From Jimgerdemannia flammicorona (taxonomy: Eukaryota): DNA of 40,787 nt. The stretch covers positions 1 through 40,787 of the forward strand of contig RBNJ01000117.1 in the NCBI GenBank assembly GCA_003990765.1, in the 5' to 3' direction. A model generated the notes under the pieces. It saw only the letters and a list, made by a program, of their open reading frames with translations. It was not told where the DNA came from and made no database searches. Below are positions 11,011 to 22,143 of the stretch, one piece after another. Both the position numbers and the translations under genes were made by a program. Each line of letters starts with the position of its first letter. The stretch's first letter is position 1.

Positions 11011-13429
11011 ATATATTAAGTAATATCTATATATAATAGTGAAGAATATTTAATCAGATATATTCTATTTTCAAATAAAAAATTAAAATGAGATTAATTT
11101 AAAGCTAATCAACTTTGAAATATTTGAATTCATATTCAATATTAAAATATAGCATATTTTTTTTCTTTTCAAAAGTAGATGTCATAAATATCTATACTTT
11201 CTTGATGTAGATAATTTATATAATAAGTTTTTGAAATAAATCCTTAAACTGTAGCTTTTGTTGACCAGTATTGAGATCACTGGGTAGTGTGGAAATATAC
11301 TCTTTTAAGAAGATGAGATCTCAATAATAATATTAGTCTATGAATAAAATTATTATATCTATATCTATATATAAATTCCTATATTAACCACTAATATTCA
11401 TACCACCTCCCCCCCCTCCATTTCATATCATATATTATACTCCTCTATAATTATATCCAGTATGAAACAATTGCTAGTATTTATAAAACCAAAGTAGTAG
11501 AAAACCTAAATATGATGAAATTCTCTCAATCTATATTATCTATAACTATCATTGGCAATGTCCTCTCCCCTCATCCTCCTCTATCTCCCTTTCTGTGATT
11601 GCTAGCACTATGGTATTGAAATTTCCTACTTACTATAGAATAAAAAAAAAAAAAAAAAAAAAAAAAATCAAGAGGCTAGCATAAGACACATAATTCATAC
11701 AGTGATTTTTCTAAAAATCCTTCTATCTTCTACTGTTGCTCAGCCCTCAAATTGCCAAAAAAATTATTGTATCTTTCTATAGCTACTAGTGTTTACTAAT
11801 AAATATTCAATAATATACTATACAAGATCTTATCACTCAAAATAGTTGATCTATAAGATTGATTAGAGTAAAAAACTACTAATATATCAGATTCTAAGAG
11901 TACACCAAAACTATATATAAGATTATAGAATAAGCCATCAGATTTTAAATTACATTATCTACTATGTTTTATGATATAAAGTAAAACTAGTAATATATCC
12001 TCATTAATATACATAGATGAGCTAGTATAGTATCTAAAGAATATATTACTGATCTTAGCAATATCTTGCTCAAAGTTGAACCCTCCAAGCTGAAAGCATA
12101 CCTTATATTGAGTTTGATCTAGCTGACCTCTATCAATTATAAGAAGATTTATTACAGATTTTTGAGATATTACTGCAAGATCATCTAAGATCAGAGATTA
12201 CTGATAAAGAATGTCAAATTGTTGAAGAATAAGTTAAAGAAGGAGTTTGTGTCTATACTCAGCAAGAGATTGTAAAGAGAAGTAATGCTATTTTCATAAC
12301 TATTATCTCATATTTCTCATACTAATTTTGCTCAATTTTCAGTTTAAAATTACTAATAGAAGTAATATAGTAGTATATTCTCTCTACAAATGACAATATA
12401 TAGCCAGCAGACATATAAAGTCCTGTTTCTGCCCTAGTCTTACCATATAATTCTGCCTGATAAAGTATAAATGCCTTCTTATAAATATTAGTCAGAACAT
12501 ATATGACTTAGTTTTTAAGTATTTTATACCAGATAGTAAGAATGACTTCATTTATAGTAGCATCAAGAATAATGTGATTATAGGTTGAATCTAGAATTCC
12601 CATAGAAATTGCAGAAGAATCCAATAGTACCACCATATAAAATCAATCTTATTTGTTTTTTTCAGATAATTTGACAGAATATTATCATCCAATTATAGCT
12701 GGATCTTAGGTGTAGAGTATTGGCTGAATTTCTGAAAAATTGAGGAGTAGAGTATACTATACTTTGAAATTCTTAGTAGCTGGAATTCAAAACTGAGACT
12801 GAACAAATCTATACTTTGACTCTTACTGATAATGCCACTAGTCTTACTGCTGAATCAGAAATTCTCCAATCACTTCTTCCTAGGATTCTTCTTATTGTCT
12901 TTTAAAAAATTATTACAAGTTACCAAAATACCAAATAATTATTTTACTAAAAGCCTTCAAGGAATGAACCCAATTTACCTACCCTATATATAGACAAAAG
13001 CAGTTAAATTTAGTCATAAATCTGCTTCCCAGTTAAGGTCAGGCTAGATGGAAACTGGAAGTACCACAACTCTACTAAACTACACTGCTCTGGGCTTTAG
13101 AAAGTCTCCTGTAGGGCCTCAATACTACAATCCAAATAAAGGATATATGCTAGAGAGTTTAAAAATATCTACATATTATTCTTATAGAGGGGCTGAGAAA
13201 AGTTTAGAAGACAATCTTCAGTAGCAGTAGCAGCCCAGAGTATATCAGCAAATATTATAGCTCATTCAGAGATTCATATGGATTATCACTGGTCCAGACA
13301 AAATTGTCCAGTATAGTAAGACTGGGTATACAGAATAAGGAGAATTATCAGATCAGTAGAGATAGCAGTAAATATCACTACAGATGACTAGCACCCCTGA
13401 GTCTCCAGGACCTGGGCCATAGATATAGG

Positions 13430-13726
13430 TCCTGAGGCTGGCTGTAAGAGGTCTGCTTCCAAGGAGAATGGACATATATATAACAGTACAGACCAGGGGG
13501 CAGTGCCACCTCTCAGCCAGCCTTAGAGATAGCATAGGACCAGCTATAAGAGATCTGCTATCACAGAGAACAGATATACAATAGTATAGATCAGGGGACA
13601 GTACTGCCCCCCAACTGGCTCCAAAGTCAGCAAAAGAATCCAGAGGCCCAAACCCCAAGACTGGCCATAAGAGGTCTACTACTATAGAGAATAAGATATA
13701 TAATAGTATAGGTTGAGAGACAGTAT
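13430..13726 (+). repeat. Cluster of three ~60-bp motif copies, shared with 19760-20220
   Basis: Consensus (G)ACTGGCTATAAGAGGTCTGC..GAGAACAGATATATAATAGTATAGATCAG at ~13435, ~13540 and ~13660. Confidence 0.75.
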
Positions 13727-16267
13727 CACTCATTGCTTTCAAGTCCTGCAAGCTGGCCCTAGCTGAATAAAAGCTAGCTACTCATGAGAAGGAACTACTA
13801 GCAATAATATATGCACTAAACTACTGGTGATGCTACCTAGAAGGTATTGAGTTTGATGTCATTACTGATCATCAATCCCTCAAGTATATCAATACCCAAC
13901 TTACTCTGCCATATCTATAAGCCAAGTAGAGCCTCAAGCTTCAAACCTTCAACCCAATGATCATCTACAAGTCTGGTAAGACACTTATAGTACCAGATAC
14001 CTTATCAAGATATCCAGACCTCACCACAATCATACAAGTCACCTTGGCATCAGAATTCCTAAACAAAATCAGACAAGCTTATAAAGAAGATACAGTTGTC
14101 ACTAGAGTTTTCTCAAACAAACTCAAGGATATATATACTGTTGAGAACAACCTAATCTGTCATGAAGATCAAGTCTATCTATCTGAAAACATGAACCTAT
14201 ACTACAAGGTTTTGCAAGAACACCATGACTCCCCTCTTGCTGGTTACCTGAAAATTGAGAAGACTGTCAAGAATATCCAACACTGCTACTATTGGCCAAA
14301 CATGGTCAAGGAAATCAAGAACTATATTGTCAGCTGTGATCTATATCAGTGTAATAATTCTACCAACCAAGTGCCTGCTGGTTTGCTACAACCACTACTA
14401 ATTCCTACCAAGAAGTTCAAGTAAGTCACTATGGACTTTGTAACTCAACTACCATGAACTCAATCTGGTACTGATGCTATTATTGTATTCATTAACCACC
14501 TGACTAAGACTATGGTTGCTGAACCAACCACTACTAATGCTATCACACCTGAGATTATAAGAATCTTCTTTAAGTCTATCTTCTATCACTATGGTCTACT
14601 ACAAGTAATTGTCAGTGATTGTGACCCCAAGTTCACCAGTCACTTCTGGCAAATCCTCTTCAAGACTCTGGAAACCCAATTGGCTATATCTACTGCCTTT
14701 CACTCACAAACTGATGGACAAACTGAGTACATGAACAGAACTCTAGAACAAATGCTTAGAAACTATGTTTCTTATGAGCAAGATAATTGGGACATCTACC
14801 TAACTTATGTGGAATTTGCATACAATAATGCTGTCCAATCATCTACTGGTCTTTTCCCTTTCTGGTTACTCTATGGTCAAGATCCTGAGACCTCTGCAAG
14901 TCTATTCCCTTTCAAGAAAACCAGTCAAATATAAGTTCCAACTGCCAAGAACCTTATAGACAAAATGGATGAATTACTCAAGATTGCTACCATGAATCTT
15001 TAGAAGGCTCAATAGCATCAAGCCAAGTATACTGACAAGAAACACTATGATGTCACTTACACTGTTAGAGATTAAGTCCTACTGTCTACCAAGAACCTCA
15101 AGATATAATCTCAAGTCAATCACTCTTCAAACAAGTTCCAACCCAAGTATATTAGACCTTTCAAGATCACTGAACAAGTCTCTGCATCCTCCTACCATCT
15201 CAAGCTACCTGAAACCATGAGAGTACACCCAGTCTTTCATATGTTATACCTCAAGACTTGGAACCAGTCACCACCCTACTCTGGTCAAATTCCTAAGCCT
15301 TCTGCCCCTATAATTATCAAAGACCATATTGAGTATGAAGCTGAGAAAATCCTTAACAAACAAATCTGCTACCACCATCCTGAATATCTAGTCAAGTGGA
15401 TGAGTTATCCTAAATATGATACTACCTGGGAACTACTGGTCAATCTCAAGAACTCTCAAGATCTAGTTTAAGACTTTGAGGCAAAACACATTGTCTAATC
15501 CCTATAGTGATTGTCAATGACCTATGGCAATGACCAATGTCTTATACATCAGAAGTTTACTTTGGGACTCCAGAACCAGCTGAACATTTAATGAACAAGA
15601 AGTCTACTGAAATGAAGCTACTAGCTGGGTTCGAACCCCTCCCAGTTGGTTACATAGTCTGGTAATAGGCCCTCTGCCCTATATAAGGATGGCCAATCCC
15701 TGCCAATGCACCAATTCAAGTTTGAGAAATTTTGGTTAAGTATATCTAGTCTTATATTACCTAAGAACTCAATGAGAATGTTGGTTCTTAAGGAGGGAGG
15801 GATATAACAATTTCACAGTCATATTTAGTCTTAGTATATTTTTGCATCTTTTAGTTAGTCTTTTCTTATTATTTCTTGAACATTCTACTATATTCTGTCA
15901 CCTTTTTACTTACTTAGAAACCTTCTCTTAGTACTCAGATACCACCAGAACATTTTTGTCTTTCCTTGGTACTAAGTATCTTGTTTTAGCTAGTTATGGA
16001 ACCTTTCAGAACATTGTAGAATAGTATTAGTCAGCTTTGCCAAGAACCTATTTCTTGGTATTTCTCTTTCTTTCTAAGATCCTTCTAGATATTTCTTTCA
16101 GATTATATATAAATATTCTTATTCTCTGCCTGAATAAAGCTCAGAATATTTTCTCCCAGAAATCCTTTGAGAATACTTAAACCTTTAAGTATCTCTTGGG
16201 GCTACTTTAGGCCAACCAGAACTTCCAGATTTAGCCACTTCCTCTTAAAGAAACTAGAACTGTTATA
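13727..16267 (+). mobile_element. 5'-truncated chromovirus (Ty3/Gypsy with chromodomain): RNase H tail, integrase, chromodomain, PPT, 3' LTR
   Basis: RNase H tail THEKELLAIIYALNYW..DVITDHQSLKY. Integrase zinc region HDSPLAGY..YYWPNM..CDLYQ and core IVSDCDPKFTSHFW..FHSQTDGQTEYMNRTLEQMLR. Chromodomain EYEAEKIL..EYLVKWMSYPKYDTTWE. PPT AAGGAGGGAGGGA ends at 15802, and the LTR runs ~15803-16267 with mutated TGTAAC/GTTACA ends. Confidence 0.92.
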
Positions 16268-18317
16268 GATAGCTTCTTATTAGTATAAATATCCCCTCCC
16301 TCAGACCTCAGAAACTCAGACTTAAATAATCCAAATATACAACAACTCCTGAATACTTTTCCACAATATTTCTTCACACAACTACTCCTAATATAGTAAT
16401 ACTATAAATAGTGAATAAATCTATTTAATAACTACAAACTACTCTTAAGTAAATCTGAATCCTGTTAGATCCCACTCCTAACTATATTACAAAATTTTCT
16501 AATTGGGTATTATCTGCAGTAATATACTAATTCAACTAAGCTGGTCTTAGTGTCTTAAACTTTCTGAAATATAGAAAATCCTGAAAATTCAGAACTAGTT
16601 TGAAAAAGGACTTTGGTTAAGATGTTAACTTAATCTTGAAATTGATAAGCATAGAGGACATACTCCATATAAAATTGATCTTGACCTTGAGAAAACAGTC
16701 TTCCAGAATATCCAGAACTTTTAGAAAACTCTTTCAGAACTACATAACAGTACTTTTATAAGTAACTCTCTTACAAGGATTATAGTGTCAAATACATGCA
16801 TGAGGAGGAGAAGAAGAAGGATAGTAGAGACTGGTCAATCTCAAAATAGGTTCAGTTTGAAGTAAGTATCATTAACTTCTAATATATAGGTTTTTTTATA
16901 GTGGTGTGGGCAATGGATGGCTTATGGTAGGGTGGGTTTTAGCTGTATAAGTAGGGCTAGCTAGATATTGGCTCTTTGTTTTTAAAGAGAGATGATAGAT
17001 AGATATACAGAAGAAGTTGTTAAGATGAGAGAGGTTGATGGGAGATTTGCTGACAGAGTGGTGGGTTGGTTAGAGTCCCCAGGGTGGGTAATGTTGCTAT
17101 CTGATAGAAGGAATCTGTGAACAGAGTAGTGGGTGGGTGGTGATAGTGAATGATAAAGTAGTCTTTTATCAAAAAAGAGTAAGAGGGGATGGAGAGGGGT
17201 CTAGGGGGATCAGATAGGAGTGGGCACAGTATATTTTATAGAGGATAGATGGGTGTATTAATAAAGAAAGGAGTCCAAGTGATTAAAAAAAATAAAAAAA
17301 ATATATAGATATTTTTTATTGACTATTATAATACATAATTCTAGCATTTTTTTTTTCTTCTTCTATAGCTATGCAAATTCCCTCCCATCTACACCCCTAC
17401 CTGCAGTATTTTGAAAAATGCTTAACAGCCATCACAGTATAACCAATCTCAGTACAATCAGAGTAAATCTTTAATATTACCAATTCTCCTACCAATAGTA
17501 CAGAAAATTACCCAGATAGAGAAATATAAGGTCACTATTACAGAGGTGATAAATTATCTATCACTGGACCAGTTTTCTACTTTGAGGGATGAATATCCAT
17601 CTGAGGATCTTGTGAAGCTATTTAGTACCCTCTGAGATATAATATAGAAAGCTGGTGTAACTTTCTATATAGGTAAAGTTAATAGTATAATTCTGCTATT
17701 GTTAGCTATGAGGTAGTTTGAACACACTCTCAGAGGGTCAGAGAAATGTCAATATCATCAATAGATCAAATAACACTTTGAACCTGATACTATTAAATTT
17801 CTCTCTGAGATCAGTTCAACTTAGTTTAATAAGAATGTTAAAGAAAAACCATCTCTTAAATATAGAACTCCTTATTTCTATATATATATTATATTTGAAT
17901 TAGTATATATATAAAAGATAATAAATTAATTATAGTATATATATATTTGCTACTGTAGATTATATGTCAATTAAAATTTTATTATTGATTCCTATTTTAT
18001 ATTCTGTATATAGCAGATAGAAGTATTTTTATCTAATGACTTTATAGTAGGTTCTTATGGCTTATCTACTTCTATTGGTCTGATAAATTTCTTTTTTCTC
18101 TGAGATATCTTCTCTATATTTTCTATAAGCTATGAGATATACTATCTCTCAGTTAATCACTCTTACTACCTATTCTCCTCACTGGTATTACAAAGTACAG
18201 TATAGCTACTGAAATCTCCTTATTATCACCCAGTCTTACTATTACTACTAATCTGTTTTCACATATATATATATATATATACCTTGATGATAATTGGATT
18301 TGTATATTGGCAGATAT

Positions 18318-18386
18318 CAGTATTCACTATAGCAGGTTGTTCACTATGACAGATTGTTCACTACAGATTATTCACTATGACAGGTA
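18318..18386. repeat. Short tandem array T(G/A)TTCACTATGACAG(G/A)T, ~4 copies
   Basis: Visible directly; possibly subterminal repeats of a DNA transposon. Confidence 0.7.
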
Positions 18387-18894
18387 TGTAATTTGATAAT
18401 AATCTGTCTCATGTTTGAATTATAATAATAATAATATAATCAAAACTAACTTAGCAGAGTTGGGTATAATATGCTGACTCTGCAATAATGTCAAAATATA
18501 TAATACAGATATTTTATAGAAATAAGGTCTAGAATGTATATATATATATGTATATATGATAAACTATAGTTACAGGATGTAGGCTGATAGCATAGTGATG
18601 ATAAAAAGCTTACAAATATCAATAGCAGTATTCTAAAGATAGCTAATATAGACTGGTAGTATGGGTTATGTAAAATATTGAGTAGTATACAAGCTATATA
18701 GGATCAAAAGAAAGTTAATGATAGGTGAAGAAGAAAGTTATCAGATTGATAAATATAAGTCAGTGAACATACTAAGAGATCAAAGATAAAAATATATATA
18801 TCAGCTTAGTGGTCTACATGAATTAGCAGTTTATTTTATATTTGATAGTAATTAGAAATTATATCATCACTGAGCATTCCAATAATAAATATAA

Positions 18895-19497
18895 GATCCT
18901 CTCTGCTGAAATCTTCTCTACTGAAGTCTCTTATGCTGAAGTCCTCTATCAAAGTCTCTCCTCTACCAAAGCCCCCTCTGCCAAAGTCCCCTCTGCTGAA
19001 GCTCCCTCTGCTGAAATCTTCTCTACTGAAGTCTCCTATACTGAAGTTCTCTACCAAAGTCTCTCCTCTCTACCAAAGCCCCCTCTACTAAAGCCTCTTC
19101 TGTTAAAGTCTTCTCTGTTAAAGTCTCCTCTACCAAAGTCTCCTCTACCAAAGCTCCTTCTGCTGAAGCCTCCTCTGCTGAAACTTTCTCTACTGAAGTC
19201 CTCTCTGCTGAAGCCTCCTTTACTAAAGCCTACTCTGCTAAAGCTCCTTCTGTTAAAGTCCCCTCTGCTGAAGCCCCCTCTGCTAAAGCCTCCTCTGCTA
19301 AAGCCCCCTCTATCAAAGTTCCAACAAAGTCTTCTTTACTAAAGTCTCTTTTGCTGAAGTCTCTTCTGCTAAAGTTCTGATGAAGTCTCTTCTACTAAAG
19401 TCTCTTTTACCAAAGTCTCCTCTACTGAAGTCCTCTTTACTGAAGTTCTCTCTATTGAAGTTCTCTCTACTGAGATTCTCTTTACCAAAATCTCCTA
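18895..19497. repeat. 15-bp minisatellite (consensus ~AAGCCCCCTCTGCTG/AAGTCTCCTCTACTA), roughly 40 units
   Basis: Periodicity seen directly; it explains the repetitive ORFs 18842-19342 and 18836-19057. Confidence 0.9.
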
Positions 19498-19569
19498 CTA
19501 GTAGTCTTGCTACTCAACTATAGTCTCACTGCATAACTATAAGCTGGCAAACAATGAGCCAGTAAATGA

Positions 19570-19722
19570 CATAAATATGGTAGATATGAATATGGTAGAT
19601 ATGAATATAGTGAGCATGAATATAGTGAGTATAAATATGGTGAGTATGAATATAGTAAGTGAGTATAAATATAGAGAGTATAAATACAGTATATATAAAT
19701 ATAGTAAGTATAAATATAGTAG
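19570..19722. repeat. 15-bp minisatellite ATGAATAT(G/A)GTGAGT, ~10 units
   Basis: Visible directly. Confidence 0.85.
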
Positions 19723-19759
19723 ATAGTTTTATAGATAGAGGCCTCAGTAGTATACTAAA

Positions 19760-20220
19760 GACTGGTTATAAAAGGTCTATCTCTAGAGAGAACAGATATA
19801 TAATAGTACTGATCAGGAGACTAGGCTACTTCTGACTAGTCTCATAGATAGTAGTAGAGTCTTAACAGTATGGAGCCTGAGTAGTATAGAACCTCAGTGG
19901 CATAGAATCTTGGCAGCATAGAACTGGTGTCCATATATCAGAGACTGGCTATGAGAGGTCTGCCTCCAGAGAGAACAGATATATAATAGTATAGATCAGA
20001 GATAGGACTACCCTCTGATCAGTCTTATAGAGAGTAGTAGAGCCTCAGCAGTATGATAGTGTAGAGTCTTGGTGGCAAGAAGTCTTGATGGTACAGAGCC
20101 TCAGTGGTATAGAATCTTGATAATATAGAACTGGTGTCTATATACTAGAGACTGGCTATAAGAGATTTACCTCCAGAGAGAACAAATGAATGATAGTGCA
20201 GCAGAACTACTCTCTAACCA
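19760..20220 (+). repeat. Three ~185-205-bp tandem units containing the same ~60-bp motif as 13430-13726
   Basis: AGACTGG(C/T)TAT.A.AG..CT..CTC.AGAGAGAACA at ~19760, ~19943 and ~20150. Confidence 0.8.
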
Positions 20221-20846
20221 GCCTCAGTGGCAGTGATGGTGCCAATGGTAGTAGAGCCAGGCAGTAGAGCCAGACAGTAGAGCTAAGTAGTGGATATATG
20301 AAAGTTCTGATCAAAAAACCCCAAATTTTACCTGATAAGAAAAGAAGTATTAGGAATAAGGCAGTTAGAGTGAGAGAAATAAGACAGTTAGTAGTGGGGA
20401 GATATAAGAGATCAAAATGAGTGAATGAAGCAAAAGAGTATATTGAATTGTGGGAAGTTAAAAAAAGATGTTAAAAAAGATTGTAGAATGACTCAACATT
20501 ATCTATCTAAATAAGAAGATCAAATGACAGTCAAAATAAGTAAAATGAGATAGAGTGAGATGAGCAGATATCTGATAGAATAAAGATTGAAATGAGTAAA
20601 ATAAGTAAAAACAGATAATTTACCTAAAGTCATCAACAATAATGTCTAGTTTCAAAAGACAAAAAAGATCTTTCAGCTCTGAATTTTTAACAACTATAAA
20701 AGACTAGCTATCATAGATAATTCAGTAAAGTTTATCTTGAAATAACTTTATAGAGAATTTTGACTATTTAGAGAATTATTAAGTAGTAATGAATTAATAA
20801 TAAGAAAAGAAAAAAAAGTAGATAAGTTATATAAAAACTATACTTT

Positions 20847-20883
<37 letters not shown>

Positions 20884-20893
20884 AAAAAAATAT

Positions 20894-20924
<31 letters not shown>

Positions 20925-20949
20925 ACTCTATTGCTTCTGTTTGATAACT

Positions 20950-21376
20950 CTTATAAAATTTGTTATAAATTTGTTATTGAGTCACCAATAGTCTTATATG
21001 ATATTTTACAATGATTATATTTGATTTGAATATCTTTATTTTCCTTATACTCCTTTGTAAACTTTTTCTAAATATTAGATTATTCTTGTACTTTTTCTTT
21101 TCCTTTCTCAGATGAGATTATACTTATTAAAGTTAGACTTATTGAAGCTAGACTTATTGAAGCTATATCTGATATTGAGGCTATTATTATAATATCCTCT
21201 ATAGAGAATATAAAAGATATAAAAGATATAATTACTTTAGAAGAATATATATATATATTGTGAATTATATTGTATGTATTTAGAATTACCATATTTAGTT
21301 TTAAATTTGAATTTTAAATTCAAATTGATTCAAATTAAATTGACTCTCAATTTAATTTAATTCATTCTAAGCACTA
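20950..21376 (-). mobile_element. 5' end of a hAT transposon: TIR plus relic BED zinc finger
   Basis: The minus strand begins TAGTGCTTAGAATGAA at 21376, similar to the MITE terminus TAGTACTTATAATGAG. Its translation E*SNI*KKFTKE..IQIKYNHCKISYKTIGDSITNL* restores by transitions to a BED pattern (RSxIWxxF...KCxHC...GGSTTNLW). Confidence 0.7.
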
Positions 21377-21638
21377 GTACTAACTAATCTTAACTTCTTA
21401 TTATCATCTATATTACTTTTCTAAATACTTTTCTCACTTCTTTTTCTTTAATACTATTAACTCTATATTAATTTCCTTATTAACTATCACCACTACTCTA
21501 CTAACTCTCCAACTTCAAACCACCTCTCTCTCTCAAATACTCATCTTTAATATACATACTACTATAATTCCACAATTCTCTCTAGTCTTCTCCATATTAC
21601 CAACATCTTCTAACAGCCTTCAATAAGAGTCACCTCCA

Positions 21639-21768
21639 ATAGAGAAGAGGTGGAGGGAAGGAAGTGAATTGAGATAGGGTAGGGTAGGGTTGGATTGGGC
21701 TACCAGTGTGGTATGAGGACCATGTATTTGTTAATAAAGAAGCCATAGACTCAAGGGGGGAAAAAAAA
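21639..21768 (+). mobile_element. 130-bp 5'-truncated retroposed insertion (LINE 3' end) with poly-A tail and 14-bp TSD
   Basis: AAGAGTCACCTCCA at 21625-21638 and 21769-21782. The insert has AATAAA at ~21733 and ends in an A tract. Confidence 0.85.
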
Positions 21769-22143
21769 AAGAGTCACCTCCACTATCTCTCTTACTCTCT
21801 AGCACCTCTCTCCCCAATACTTCTCCTTCTGAGCACTAATCACCATTGATCTCAATATATCTATTTAATCTGATACTTTCTTACTAAAGATGTAAATAAT
21901 AACATATGATCTGCATCTGTCAGGATAAAGATGACCTCATCTCTAAGAAAGATAAATTGGCAGCATTCAACTCAAGGTACAAGCAGAGAAAAACTGGGCA
22001 ACCGACCCGCAACATCAAACATGCTGCACAATGACCACAACGTAATCACTCCTACACTGATATCCTTATCTCTGATCCACCACCGTCATCCGAGTCCAAT
22101 AACTACTCAACGACGAAAGCGACCTACCACGATCCTTACTGCA

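Noticed and set aside
11400-13400. Degraded coding-like sequence between the two LTR elements
   Set aside because: No domain recognised by eye; too mutated to call.
16270-18300. Further probable transposon debris
   Set aside because: No termini or protein motifs I can support.
18842-19342. 166-aa Leu/Lys/Pro-repeat ORF, and the antisense RGG-like ORF 18836-19057
   Set aside because: Both arise from translating a 15-bp minisatellite; no independent sign of coding.
13430-20220. Repeat-spacer clusters as a CRISPR-like array
   Set aside because: Eukaryotic context, degenerate long repeats, spacers similar to one another and no cas genes.
20320-21950. Possible additional LINE relics (purine-rich stretch ending in A tracts at 20848-20922; pyrimidine-rich stretch 21380-21950)
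   Set aside because: Only strand-composition hints and weak Cys patches; no RT or endonuclease motif seen.
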